DNA of 64,000 nucleotides from Dimorphilus gyrociliatus (GCA_904063045.1 CAJFCJ010000005.1:3528165-3592164); one strand, 5' to 3'; counted from the stretch's first letter, positions 38,956 to 52,349 are shown. The notes: generated from the sequence alone by a model not told the origin. A program made the numbers and translations.

Positions 38956-40014
38956 ATGATAATAACTGTCAAGTACGGTGGTAAGTTTAATCCTTAATAG
39001 TAAATATCAGATTAACGTAATAATTAGTTTGACTATTATACTAATATCTATTTCTGTTCAAATGATAACTAGTCTTTTATTTTGCTCTTTTGTTTCTTTC
39101 CATATTTCCTTTTTATAATAAAAGAATCCTTGAGAGCTTGTTTTTGTTTTTTTCACACTCTTTTAAACATTTTTATGCTATAAATACATCTTACATTGTT
39201 TCATGTTTACTAGCTAAACAAGAAGCTGTATTCAATCCTGAATGCTGGAATTATACCCTCTTAGAAAGCATTAGAGATCAATGCAAATGCTACGATACGG
39301 ATATTGAGTTATCGGATCCGAATGGAAACGTAAAACACCTTAGAGACAACCCATATAGATACGCTAGCGAGGCCCTAGACGATAGAGAAGTTTGCGTCTT
39401 ATTAAAAGTTGATTGTAATCAGGAAGGAGAAACTTCCTACCAGCCATTATTGGATGATACAGACGCCATAACAGATAAATTTCTTGGTAAGTAACAAGAA
39501 ATATTACTTTTCTTTATTCTCCTAACAATAAATCGTCTAAAAAAGAGAGAAAAACCAAAGAAATAGTGAGAATAGAATTATTAGTAAATAAGGAAAACGT
39601 TGACCTTAATATTTTCTTTAAACATGATCTGAAAATTTTAAGAAAGATAACAGCACGGTTCGAAAATATTTCAAAAGGATCTAAAAAGTGTTCAAACAGT
39701 CTTAAAAAGAAATTATATAGGCTTATTTAGAGAAGGGGGGGGGGAAAGAGAGGGAGAGAGAGAGAGAGAAAAGGAAAGAAAATGTAATAATAGATTTTTT
39801 ATTAAAAAAAAAGTATATACATATATAAAGAAAATAAAGTTGAAATTGTGTTTATTTAATCAAGTAAACTGTCTTAAATTTACAAAAAAGAAGAAAAACA
39901 ATTGGTTGCTGTAATACGAAAATCTTATTGTTCTCTCTATTGTTTTTCTTGTGATTCTTTTCATTCTTCCTAACTTATTGTTGCATTACTTTATAACAAT
40001 ATTTACTTTACTTA

Positions 40015-40045
<31 letters not shown>

Positions 40046-40402
40046 GTATTTAGATAAATAAATGATCAAATAATACCTAACTTGCATTCTTTTATAAATT
40101 AATCTTTTACCCAACGACCATTAAATAAATATATATTTTTAATAAAATATTAAAATATATAAGAAACTTGTCCCTAAATTAGTTAAGTGCTTCTTTTCAC
40201 ATATAGGCTTAATTACCGCAAATTAAAAAGTTTTCTTTTGCTAATATTTATTATTGTTGTTTTCACTAAAACAGAACAACTCCATTCAAAAGTTGATGAT
40301 AAGAATATAATGAAAAAGCGTAATCAGAAAAAGACTGTATTAAATGGTATTAAAGTTAAAACGCCTAAAGCCCGAAGTAATGGAAAGTTGAGTGCAAGAT
40401 AA
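38956..40402 (+). CDS. CXorf65/C22orf15-family protein
   Basis: MIITVKYG|AKQEAVFNPECWNYTLLESIRDQC..IELSDPNGNVKHL...YASEALDDREVCVLLKV...YQPLL resembles the family pattern recalled from human CXorf65/C22orf15. The basic last exon is at about 40277-40402, with a possible alternative last exon at about 39654-39730. Confidence 0.7.
40016..40041. repeat. (TA)n microsatellite (others near 4032, 4490 and 34202; (GA)n near 39750; (TTG)n near 28162)
   Basis: Directly visible simple repeats. Confidence 0.9.
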
Positions 40403-41444
40403 GATATGCTCTGTAACTTTTTACTTTACTTGAAAAAATATAAAACAACAGACTTTTTTTTTTAAAAAAAAAAATAAAAAATATATTAAAAAGAAGAAAA
40501 GAAGAATAACGATGAAAAAACAGCTACAAACAATTGTGCCAATATGTTTATACTAATACAGTGTATACAAATTTTCCATACAGATATAAATTTAATTTTA
40601 AAGGTGGCGTGTAAATAAGAAAACAACCTATATTTATACATTCAATGTATACATTCACTTATTTACATTTAATGCTATTTACAAATTATAGACTCTGTAG
40701 GCCTGGTTAAAAGGAAACGAAGAATCTATATATTATAAATAAATTTGTTTTTCTTAATATATATTTCAAGAAAACATGTACTAAAGATAGTATTTTTTAT
40801 AAACGCTAATATCGTATATACAGTATATATATGTATATATTTATATACCATAATTCAATATAGTATACAATATATTTGTTCAATACAATCGCTTTCATTT
40901 CCTCAACCACTTACAACTAGAACTTCTCAAGTCTTGCTTTTTTTTAAATGCTTCTTCACTAAAACATGAATGCCTGTCCTCCTCCTTATTATAAAAAGAT
41001 AAGGAAAACTACATCAATAACTAATATACCATTTAACACACTTTAAATTTTAGCAATTGGTGCTATTTTACATAGACCTAATAGATATTAATAATTGATA
41101 AACTATTCAAAAGGTTTAATGATAGTGCCATCTAGTTTCAAGATAATCAATGAACTCTTTTGAACAATTGTGCAAGATACAAAATGCTTGAATGTAGCTC
41201 CTGCTCTAAACGTTTAACATATTTACTTTCTTTTTTACTTTCTGTTAATTGCTACCAAATTTAACGGTGCGATAATAAACCGGGCAACAGCTCCTACACC
41301 ATTTATCGTAGAAAGAAAAATATAGTATATTCAAAAGTGATCAGAACGGAAGTCATGTTTATACTGCATAATAAACCCATGGTCATTTTTCTTGAATGGT
41401 GTTCTCGAGTGTTAACACTGCAGTAAATTTAATATTTTGTAGCA

Positions 41445-43325
41445 ATGGCTAAGCATCCGCAGCTAATTGGCATTAAACAGAAAATTCAAAAAGATGTTGA
41501 GTAAGGAATATACTTATAATCCTTATATAAACTTTCTTATGATCTATCAAAGAAATATCTATTTTTTTTGCTTTAGGCAAACCGAAATCCCGATGTTGTT
41601 GGATTCTGAAGATAAAGTGATTGTCAGGTATAAGAAAAAACTAGCTTTTTATTTTTCTGTATATTTCAATGCAAATTCTAGGGCGGAAGCGCATGCTTAC
41701 AAACAAACTTTTCCGAAAGCATGTAAAATAAATGATCTTGAAACGTGGAAATTGAAAAATTTCGACATGGAAAATTTGCGAAAATTTGCTCCTTTTCTAA
41801 TTGAATTATTCGGACTTACACCCTTAGAATCGAAAAGCAAATTGAAGTTCGCTGTTAAACCAATTGGCTATATGTTAGCGATTTTTGTCAACTTGTATAG
41901 TGGTAAATGGAATGGCAAAAGAATAAAGAAAAATGAAGGATCTCAGATAATTTTGGAATTGATTCGCTTGATTCTATCCTGTGGTTTTCTCGTTTACCCA
42001 CCGGGTGATCTTCAAGAAAACTGCAATGCCCGTGCAGCAACGTTTTCAAATTATCTGATTGTTAATCTTGGATTTAATAAAAATAACAAGGTCTGACTTC
42101 AAAATATTCAGTAAAAAATAATAATAATACTTGTACTTTGCTACAGTGTATAGGAGTAATAAGCATAGACCTATATCAAAACAAAATCTTAAACATTACA
42201 TTTAGGACTAAAGACGATTCTATACAAAGAAAAGAAAAACAGGAAAATAAAAAAAGGAGGCAGCTTCATGACAAAAATTGTTCTTTCATAGACATAAAGG
42301 AAAGAATGGATATGTCGAATGTCAACTGTAAAATGGAGTGTGAAACCTCAATAACATGTACAGTTGTTTTCCAACAGCAACCTTCAACAAGTGACAAATA
42401 CTTGTATAAGCCAGATTCGGACCAAGCTGACAAGATCATAGTTAAAATACCAGGTTAAAACAATTATATAAAATTAGTCCACATTTTTTGATATTATTAT
42501 ATCTTGAACAATACAGAAACTGAAAATGAAGAAAGATGCCAAAATAATACCAACAGAGGAACAGTTTCAACATTTAGTAAGGATGTCAGATTATCTACAG
42601 TATACAAATCTAAATTTTTGTTTTTGATATATAGCTACTGAAGAAGTTAAACAATCAGTGGATGAGTATAAAAACGCTGATGGGAATATGTCACTGATAC
42701 TTAATAGTAACAGCGATTGGGTAAAACTTTAAACGTTACATTTTAATGTTCAGTATAATCAATCAACATTCTCTCATCTAATAGAAAGAACTGCAACGAA
42801 CAAGAGATTTTATTGATGTTGAGAATGAAGGTACAAAATTAAATTGTATTTAATTGATACTGTATAAATAAGGATAAAGATTCTAATATTTAATAAAGAT
42901 CCGTATGGAGCAGATAAAATTTTCCTGGAAAATTTAGCTGAAGATCAGGAATCCTTGTATCATTTTTCGAAGATTGAGGAAATTTGCAACAAAGGTACGT
43001 AAGATAATTTAAAAGGTCATTATATTATGTAATATTAAATTATCTAAAGTACTTACAACCTCTCTATATGTTCATACGAATGCTATATTATTTAAAAGAT
43101 TACAACTATTCAGACGATGGTCAAGCACCAGGGAAGTTATTAGATGATGGAACCAACAAAGAATGTTGTTTTTATCGGAAAGGCAAAAGAAAAGGGAAAA
43201 TTAAAGGTAGAGAAGATATTTCATTGTTGATAAAAAGAATTATAATTTGAATATATTAAATAGATCCTACATATAGGAAGAGCCGGAAGGAAAATTTCTA
43301 TGATAGAAGACACAAAATCAAATGA
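41445..43325 (+). CDS. Array member A: NRF1/EWG-like domain protein with acidic tail, apparently intact (about 9 exons)
   Basis: Continuous spliced frame MAKHPQ...ENLRKFAPFLIELFG...KPIGY...ILELIRLILSCGFLVYP, followed by small phase-compatible GT-AG exons to TGA 43323-43325. Confidence 0.65.
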
Positions 43326-43587
43326 TTTTAAATAAAAAATTCATCCTTGTTTGTACGATGGAGAAAATGTATTCGTCATAAATGATATAATGATGATAAA
43401 TCTATTCCTAATACAATATAGGGAGATTTTAGGATGACTATAAATATGAAAATCACTTAGTTTTGCTTTAAAGTAATGTAGTTAGCAATATACTTTCTCT
43501 ACAAATTATTAGTTTCTTCAAAAGGATAAACGTTAATCTGAGACGCTGTTTTCAATTATACAAATTATTTTTTCCTTTTACAGGTCA

Positions 43588-45800
43588 TGTTCATGAATTC
43601 TTTACAAGATTCGTTTGTTCCTCGTATTACGGAATTGCTAATAATTCCATATAAAATTGTATTTATAATACTGTTTATTTGTCCCGATGACTTGACATCA
43701 AGTCAACTGTCCTAGATTTGACTGAGTCAAACACCCTCTTAAAGTAACGCTAGCATACTAACATATATTCACTGACTCATACTAACACATAACATCCAAA
43801 CGTTCTGTTCATTCTCCCGCAAATAGTAGTTCACCCGCGGCTCTAATAAATGGCCCCTTTTTGGTCTCGATCCTGCACTTTCTATAAATTCCGTCGTGGT
43901 TAGATAGGATTTCAGCTAGGAATCCAGTTATCCATTTATGTCTCGCTTTTTGTTTGTTCGAGATTAGGACTTTATCTCTGACTTGCAGCTTTCTTCCTCC
44001 TCTCATTTTCCGTTGTTGCCTTACAAGTTCTTGGATGTATATTTTCTTCAATTGTCTTTCGATTTCATTCTATCGCTTCTTATTTCACATGCCCTCACTT
44101 CATAGTAGTTCCCTATGTCGCCTTTTAATCGTGTTGGACGTTACCAAAAATTGGTCAGGGTCGTCCAATGGCTGCTGAAGTGGCTTGTCGTCCATAACCT
44201 TTTCTACCAACAGCCACAGCATCTGCCACTTTCTTTCTTCTCTCCCTGCCCCATGTTCTTTCCTGTGACAGCTTGGTTGAGTTCGCGTCGAGACCCTCCG
44301 TCATCTCAAGCCTCACCATCTTGCTCTGTAGGCATATGAAGAGACGTAAAGTTTTCCCCTTTTTTCTGCCTGAATGTTCCAAAGTGGTCGATACCACTGT
44401 ATCTGAATATTTCTAGCTCGTTTCCGATTTGGAAGGAGTAGGGTTCATTGCCTTTCTGCTCATATCGGATCTTTGATCCGTATTTTTACTCCCTAATGAT
44501 TTGTCGTATTGTTGTGACCTCATTGAGTACCCGATAGGTTTCTCTGAGGATTGCTCTTATTCTAGCCAAAGGGGCGTGGCAATTATCTTCGTAGACCTTC
44601 TTTACGAGTAGTTTTCCTATTCCGGATCTTCCATCCAAAACTCTAGGGTTCTCGTATCACTCTCCTTTTTGCTTATTCGTCTCTGTTGGATTCTTAACCC
44701 ATCCTTTTCTCTCATTATGGCATTTTTGCCGGTCTCCCTCCTTCTATCCTTTGTCCCGCGACCGACCATCCTAGCTTAGAGCACATAGCAGCAAGTTCAT
44801 CCACATCTCCTTCCAATATTGTTCTGCGTGGCATCATGTCTATATAGCCCCACCCTATCAATAGGTCGACTTGCCGGTTTCATAACTCTGGTACCTGGAT
44901 ATCTTTTAAATACGGCCATTTCATTCTTTCTGGTTCAGTGATGGCTTATTGGTTTATGGTAGCAATCTGTTGATATTCCAGGGCTTCCAAATCTCCTCCC
45001 TTAATTTAGACGGTATATTTCGCAGCCCCTTATGCCGCTCTATTCTTCCCGTTATTGCGAGATCAACTTTTACTATCTCAATAGGTCTTGTATTAACCCT
45101 TCTAGCTGCCTCTGTTGTAATGATTGTCATATCTGCCCCGGTATCCTGTATTATTACAAGATTACCGTTTTAGGTGTTTAGTTCTAGGGCAGTCATCCCA
45201 TTCTCTTTCTCAATCCTTTACTATCATAACCCTTTTGGTGGTACCCATTTTTTCGCATTGGTGCAACAAATAATTCTTTGCTGCCCACATATTTTACATC
45301 TAGGTTTCCAGCATTCCGATGGGTTGTGGTTGCTAGTTGTACAGTTTTCGCATAATCGTGATTTTCTCACTAGATCTTCTATATCCATCCTTTTAAACTG
45401 TGGACAGTTTCTCAGGGGGTGGGGCTTATCGCATGCATAACACTCCAACTCTTTTTTATTTCCTTCTCTTCATTCACTCTTATTCTCAAGGCTCAGAATT
45501 TGTTGTTGGTCTATTGCTCTTTCCAGCCCCCGACTCTGTATCTATAAATTCTGCCATGTCTTCGATAGATAGGCTTGTTTTCGCTATAGCCTCCTCGCTA
45601 TTCCATCCAGCTCTTAGCCGAGCGTTCATGTTGAGTTTGCTTACGACCACTTGCATTGCCTCTAGTTATTTGTTGTCCAAGTCATCCCGGTCTTTTTAGT
45701 CGGCATAGACTTCCATCAATATCTGGCTTAGTTCTCGATGCTGATGGATGTTATCATCATGTATTCTACCCAACCTCTCCAAAGAACAGGTAGCCTTACT
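43588..45800 (-). mobile_element. Decayed, internally deleted BEL/Pao LTR retrotransposon
   Basis: Gag Cys/His knuckles (CYACDKPHPLRNC..CENCTTSNHNPSEC..CKIC), protease IIQDTGAD, DLLIGG..LGW, integrase (GIDHFG..LFICLQSKMVRLE) and a C-terminal DUF5641-like VRDKVLI...W..G...DGIYR. Multiple stops and frameshifts. No RT/RNase H or 5' LTR seen. A putative 3' LTR lies at about 43588-43811. Confidence 0.85.
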
Positions 45801-45839
45801 TTAAATAGATCTATTTATAGAATCTATTTTATAAAATGT

Positions 45840-46497
45840 TGGTTATAGGACAGATGTACCGTGGAGAGATCCCAACAACTGGATGGGAAGTTCAGAATTG
45901 GAAAAGCCAAGGGCAATTGAGCTAGACAGAATGATCAATGAAATAATAAGGGTAATCAAAGTATACGGCGTGTTGTACTTTGGCACTGAAGAGACATTAA
46001 ACAATTTGGTTGATGTCAAAATTCTTCAATCAGGGGAAAATAACATCCACGAATATCTTAAAGATGATATTGATCTTAGGCTGACATACCAATCAGAAAG
46101 CACTGATAGGGAAGTCAGTGTAGAAATGGGAAATTCTCCAGGCATTCACGAATAGCATCAACCATCCCCAGAAATAAAATAGAATTATCAACTGAGAAAA
46201 ATCATCTTCAAATGGATTATCAACAATTTGGACAAATGCCGGAAAAGGTATATTCTACTGAAACTCAGCCATGTAAGGAAAACGCCACTTTTGATCCAGG
46301 ACATGAAAATAATCCAGAACAATTCGACGGTATGTCAGCAAACCTTTTGTTAAACTTCTATAGTCTATGATTATGAAATTCCAATAGATTTTTTCGATAC
46401 GTTTCCCGTCGACAAGGTGAATGCTGCTCTAATCGGGCATAATGACGAAAATTTGAATGCTTCAGCCGTTCAATATCAAATGTACACGGAAGACTAA
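45840..46497 (+). pseudogene. Array member B: 5'-truncated chimeric pseudogene
   Basis: GYRTDVPWRDPNNW...MINEIIRVIKVYGVLYF, in-frame TAG at 46153-46155, then a frameshifted join at 46170 to a copy of the last exons of member E. Confidence 0.75.
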
Positions 46498-46603
46498 GAA
46501 ATCTAGAAATATCCAGCGTTGAACCATCTATCAATTTTAAATTCAACTCTCACGATATATTGAAATAATATCTAATATTTTATTTAATATTCACTTCTTC
46601 TGT
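46170..46603 (+). repeat. 434-bp direct repeat identical by eye to 53851-54284
   Basis: Base-by-base comparison found no mismatch, including within an intron. Confidence 0.93.
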
Positions 46604-46658
46604 CTAGAATAAAGAAAATTTTGATGAAAAGATGATAATCTCATTGATAATAGGTTAT

Positions 46659-46784
46659 AAAAATGATGTAAAACTACCAAAAATCAAACAAATGAAGAGA
46701 ATAGATCCAGTTAAAATGTAGATATGTTTAATTTTTAATACATGGGGTTTATGAATTGCGAACCACCTTTCAACAGCTCTTGCT
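46659..46784 (-). pseudogene. GPCR fragment (TM3-TM4) paralogous to the GPCR at 54876-55001
   Basis: Translates AVERWFAIHKPHVLKIKHIYILTGSILFICLIFGSFTSF. About 11 mismatches in 126 bp against the intact gene. Confidence 0.85.
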
Positions 46785-46792
46785 CCCTAGCT

Positions 46793-46885
46793 TTGGCTGA
46801 GTCAAATTCCCTTTAAAGTGACGCTAATATACTGACCTACATTCACTAATTCAAACTGACACATAAGATGCAAACTTTCTGTTCA
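46793..46885 (-). repeat. Diverged copy of the BEL/Pao 3' end (43719-43812)
   Basis: TTGGCTGAGTCAAA...TAAAGTGACGCTA...CAAACTTTCTGTTCA aligns with TTGACTGAGTCAAA...TAAAGTAACGCTA...CAAACGTTCTGTTCA. Confidence 0.7.
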
Positions 46886-47598
46886 ATTTCTATCCAATAG
46901 TTTTCGGTATTTTCCAAGTTTCACTTAAGTTTGAAATGATTCCTAGAAAAGGTTTCGGCGAGTCGCAAATACAATACTGTATATCCTTTGCTAATGTTTG
47001 CCTTTGAATGATTTTCGCTTCATTTATCGGTTTGGATAATAATAGAATTATTTGCTCGTTTTTGTATGACCAGAGAACCTGTAGCCTTATTTTAATTAGT
47101 CTTTATCGCAAACTCCATTGACGGAAACTGATAAAAAAAGTAGACTGGAAATGATAAACGACAAAGAAAATACCTTGTCCTGAAGTGTATTAGGAAGAAC
47201 AGGAAAAAGATCTGCATTATTAAATAAATCCATATAGAAGTTTTTTAAAAGATATGAAATTTATATTAGCTATGAAATTTGATCATAAAGACCTGGAATT
47301 GTCAATAACACAATATTGTAACTTTGCAATTCTTTAACAATTACTGTCGTGAGTGAACTATGCTGTTCAATAAATTTTAAACTACGCCTATTCAATCGTT
47401 TTGGTATAAAATATTAAAATTTTGTGAAAGCTTTTTCGTATTTATTCGTTTTTCTTTTATTAAAAAAAAAGTAATTTATTAATTATTTATTTACCTATTT
47501 GCTAATTTCTTTTATATCCATAGTTATTTTTTACCCAGTTTTCTAATAGATCAGAGGTACATTTCACCAAAACATACATAATTTGTTGCGAAGAAAAT

Positions 47599-50166
47599 AT
47601 GTCATCCAGACTTTCCGAATTCGATCTGATTAAAATTTCAGAAACGTTAAAGAAACAAATTGATAACATCAAAAAGAAGAAAAAAGCAAGAAAGTAAGAT
47701 GGAAGTATACATTGAATATCTAGTGATAGTTATTTTGTTGTAGACTTGAATATAAGGCAATGGAACTTAAAGAAGATGAAAATGACTTTAGTGAAAAGTA
47801 TAAGGACATTTCTCCTCTTTAATTTATTTAACAAGAGTATTTTGCAGGAGAATTTTTACGGTGTTGTACAAGTCTGCATATCCAGATCTTTTTCAATCAA
47901 ATAACGGTGCCTTAGATCACTGGAGTACCAAGAAATTCAACACAAAGCAAACTATAGAGTTTTGCAGCCAACTTATTAAGCATCATAAACTTATACAAGT
48001 TGAAGACGACTGCCAACAAGACTATAAAAAAAAACCAATAGGCTACAAATACAAAGAATTCATAAACTTAAGTAGCGGCACAATAAATGGACATCGCAAT
48101 GTTGCGGAACAACGAAATGAAACACTCTTGGAACTGCTTCGACTAATTCAAGAAAATAAAGGATACCTTGTTTATCCATATGTTCCTTCACGTAAAAAGC
48201 ATCTGTTAGAAAGTCGAGATGATTACTTTTTGGTCACTCTCAAGAAAAGCCAAACAAGCGAAGTACGTTTTTGATTTCAAGGATCAGAATTAAGGTTATA
48301 GCGTCCAATGGGGAATAGGGTATTGGACAAAGCCATTTCCTATTACCTTGACTCGTCTGCTTTTAGTATTAATTAAAATGCATACAAAATCTATGCATTA
48401 ATTGTTTAATATTCTACAGTGGTATGAAGTGATCGATGTTACACCGATGACAATCATAGATGAAGAATGCTCATCTACTACATCACATTCGTCCCCGAAT
48501 TCAGAGGACGTGGTTAATAATAAGGGTAAATTCAATTTCTATAAATAAATATTATAACCTAATGAATTTACATTTTCAATAGTTTTAGTTGATTTATCAA
48601 CTAAATCAGGACAGAGCTGTGAGACAGAAGAAGGATATGCAGCTATCAAGCTCTTTGAGAGGAATGAACGAGAAAGTTCTAATGACACAGCACGTTCAAG
48701 CGAAAGATTAGAGAATCAATCTAAGGATGGAGAGATACATCATATACGAACTTCTTCAGGTATTATACTAACACATTCTAAAGGAAACTGTTTAAAACTT
48801 ATCTTTATATTTCCTACGATTAGATTACTACAATTGCAATAACGGCAGTAATGGACTGACAAAGAAACAAAACAATAACTTTCAACACTGTCGATCAGCG
48901 ATGGAAAAATGCACCTATGTAGAAGGCTCTCCTAGCAGTTACTCACAAGGAAGCAAGGTCATTAGGGAAATGCAAGGTTAAAACAATTCCATATGATAAT
49001 CTATATTTTTTAGTATTATTGAACAATACAGACAATGAAAATGAAGCAAGATGCCAAAATAATACCGACAGTGGAATAGTTCCAATATTTAGTAAGGATG
49101 TCAAATTATCTATTGCATGGAAATCTAAATTTTTGTTTTTAATGTATAGCTGCTGAAAATTCATCTCTGAATTCATATGAAAGCGATAATGAGAATGTGT
49201 CACTAAAATCAAACACTCAAAAGAATTCGGTAAATTTTCAACATTAGATTTTAATATACACCATAATTAATCAACATTCTCTCATCTAATAGAATCAAGA
49301 GCAACAACTACCAAGAAGCTATGTTGACATCGAGAATGAAGGTAAAATTGAACACTGTGTTATAGGGATATTAATTCTATTATTTGAAAGATCCGTATGG
49401 AGCAGATGAATTTGTACACGAAGCTTTAGCTGATGATCAGGATTTAGTGTATAAACTTTCCGAATTAGACGAAATTTTCCCATCAACCAAAGGTAAGTAA
49501 GATAACTTAAAAGGTCTTTTATTATTTAATATAGTATTATTAAGGTGAAAACCCTATCAAGTCGGAGAAAAATCTTGACAAAAGTTCCAATTCAGATAAC
49601 ATCTTCGGGAAGAATATAAATGATACAGTAGGTTCATAAATTACAATAGCACATATGAACTAGTTTTATCCTGCTTTAGACCGAAATCATGGATACAGCG
49701 CAGCGTTTAGGTATAGTATCATCTATCTAAAAAATATAATAACTGTTATTTATACATATTAAGTATTATCAATAATTTTTCTAAAAAATAAAGGGGAATT
49801 TGCAGTTGCCTTTCCGACCGATGATGTAATAAATCCATCCATGGATTGGGGGCCTACCGGCATCATGAAAGAGACGACGGAACATTCTAAGGATCAAGTG
49901 GCAGTGACGAAATCAAATATGAGTAAATATTTCTAATAGAACAAGAAGATTATATAAAATATAAGCTTTAATAAGGATAGCGTTATGATTTTAATATACT
50001 TTATTGTCTATGTTTAGTGGAAGACCATAACCACATCAAAGAAGTGAATGAAAGTTTTCCCATGAAACAGGAAAGGATAATTAAAAGAATCAAAAGAGAC
50101 GAAAAAAACCGCCAGAGAATTGAATACTGTTCTCTGGCAAAACAGGATATGGACACGTCTGATTGA
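47599..50166 (+). CDS. Array member C: NRF1/EWG-like domain protein with long acidic tail, apparently intact (about 13 exons)
   Basis: MSSRLSEF...KKKKKARK, then KKPIGY...LLELLRLIQENKGYLVYP and a chain of phase-compatible small exons to TGA 50164-50166. Several exons and introns are visibly paralogous to member A (49010-49520 vs 42490-43020). Confidence 0.7.
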
Positions 50167-50560
50167 AAAAGATGTTTTATTCTATTATTCTATGATAGTT
50201 GATACTCTGTCGTTTCTTTTTCACATGTTTTCTCGATACAGAATATTTGTGCTATGAGCTGTGATTGGACCTTAAAAAATTAAGAGATGATTACCGTGTG
50301 TACAAATATATAGAATGATTTTGTCACAAATCTTTGATACATTTTAAGCATTTAGACTAAAGTTTATCCCTCTTCACCATCCGATAACTTTCTGAAATTT
50401 TCATTACAGCTTGCAGGAGAGAATTTCTATTTAAAAAGCGTTCAGTATAAACATTAACGCCCTATCGTGGAATATCATTATTTACGTACCTTCATCATAA
50501 ACTAAGTCATAGCTAAATACAAGTTCACTACTGAACGGAACACAACTGAGTTCACAGATA

Positions 50561-51556
50561 ATGAAGCGAGGAAGAGTTAGACGAAATGAAGCTTTCCCAT
50601 ATTTTTCTTTCTTACAAGAGTTGACTCGTAGAAGGTAATTTTATACTTTGTATAGAACAGATATGTAAAATATATAAATATAAGAATAGGCCCAAAAAAA
50701 CCCATATATTGCTAAGCATTGCTTACGGCTTCCTTCAAAAAGATTGATATTTCTGCTGACATGAGTTGGTGGGAAAGTTATAATATTGATGACAAGAGGA
50801 AGCATTGCACATCACTTATAGTTATGTTTGGATTTTTACTTTGTGGAAGTCAACAAGGAATTTATGAGAATAGGCCATTTGGGTATAAGAAAGGTGAACC
50901 GCGGCCAGATCCCAACAACTTGATGAAAAGTTTAGGATTTAACAACCAGTGGAAGATAACATCCACCAATATCTTAGAAATGTCATTGATCTTAAACTGA
51001 CATATCAGTCGGAACACACTGATAGGGAAGTCAGTTTAGAAATCGGGAATTATCCAGGGATTTACGAACAGCATCAATCATCGACAGAAGTATCCGCTAA
51101 TGAGATAAACTCTCGTAGCAGATACGCACAGAGAAGCCCGGTAATAGTCGAAATACAAGGTTAAATTTACCTGCCAAACAAAAATAGGAAAGGCAACTTA
51201 AACGGTAATTTTATGATGAAACATTATTTCTGTCTAAAGTGCTTACAAACTCTCTGTATGTCCACATAAATATTATATTATTTACAAAATTTTAACTATT
51301 CAGATGATAGTCAGGCACTAGGAATGTTATTAGACGATGTAACCAATAGAGAATGATCTAATGATAATTTATCGGATAAAAAAAATCAATAATTTGAATA
51401 TATTAAACAGGTCTCATATGTAGGAATTTGTGTGATAGAGATAAAGGGAAAATGGTTGTTACTTCTTCGATCGAAGAAATAATTAGTCAATACAAAAACT
51501 GGTCTGCTGATGAGTACGAAATGAGGAAGGCAGATTTTTTCATCTATCTAAAATAA
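50561..51556 (+). pseudogene. Array member D: pseudogene with internal deletion
   Basis: MKRGRVRR first exon, stop/frameshift near 50713, RPFGY...PDPNNL, about 124 bp missing relative to member B, and tail exons similar to members A and B. Confidence 0.7.
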
Positions 51557-52349
51557 GATAAAGAAATACTCTATCTATCCGTTTCGTTGATAGCACGTTT
51601 CTTTCACTCATCCAAATCTTTATAATCTGTTCACGGAAAAGATAAGATTATTTGACCTAGTAATATGATTTATTATTATTGAATAAATGTCATTAAAAAG
51701 AGGTAAAATAAACACAGGGGGAAATGAAAAATCACTTTATTAATTTCTCTCTTTATGTTCTGCCTTTGTGTCTTTTTAAATATTTTCGGGTATATTCAAA
51801 ACACGTGTTTCCTATGACGTTTTTAAAACACAAATTACCTGTAACCGTACTAATCATAAGGCACATATATACTTTTTAATAAATATGGTTATCATTTTAA
51901 GGTATAACCATAATGGCGGCAAGCGGAGCTCAAATTATGTTTAATCGTAGATATTTGGCTAATAAACCTCACTTTAATGATTATCTAAGGTTAATTCTTT
52001 GTTTATTTATATATAAATTTATATTCGTCAATATTTATTTATATCTTAGGTATATCAATTTCGCTTGATTGCTAATCCAGCAACTAAAACTAAATCCTAA
52101 ATAACTGTTGATTCAATCATAAGTCAGTGAAATATTTCATCAGAGTTAATTAATCAGGTCACTCTCTATTAATGAAAATAATAATAGGCCTACAGCATAC
52201 GATTTTAAAATTACACCAAAACGGATAATTGTTTTAAGATACTAAAATTTACAAATATATTTTAATAATCATAGAAGATTAAATACTGCTTTTTAGAGAT
52301 GATGGTGTTATCAACAGACTGCCGATGAGAGGACGCCAACGATCGGACA

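Noticed and set aside
40900-41400. Possible small minus-strand gene head-to-head with member A
   Set aside because: Only short open segments were found, with no consistent spliced ORF.
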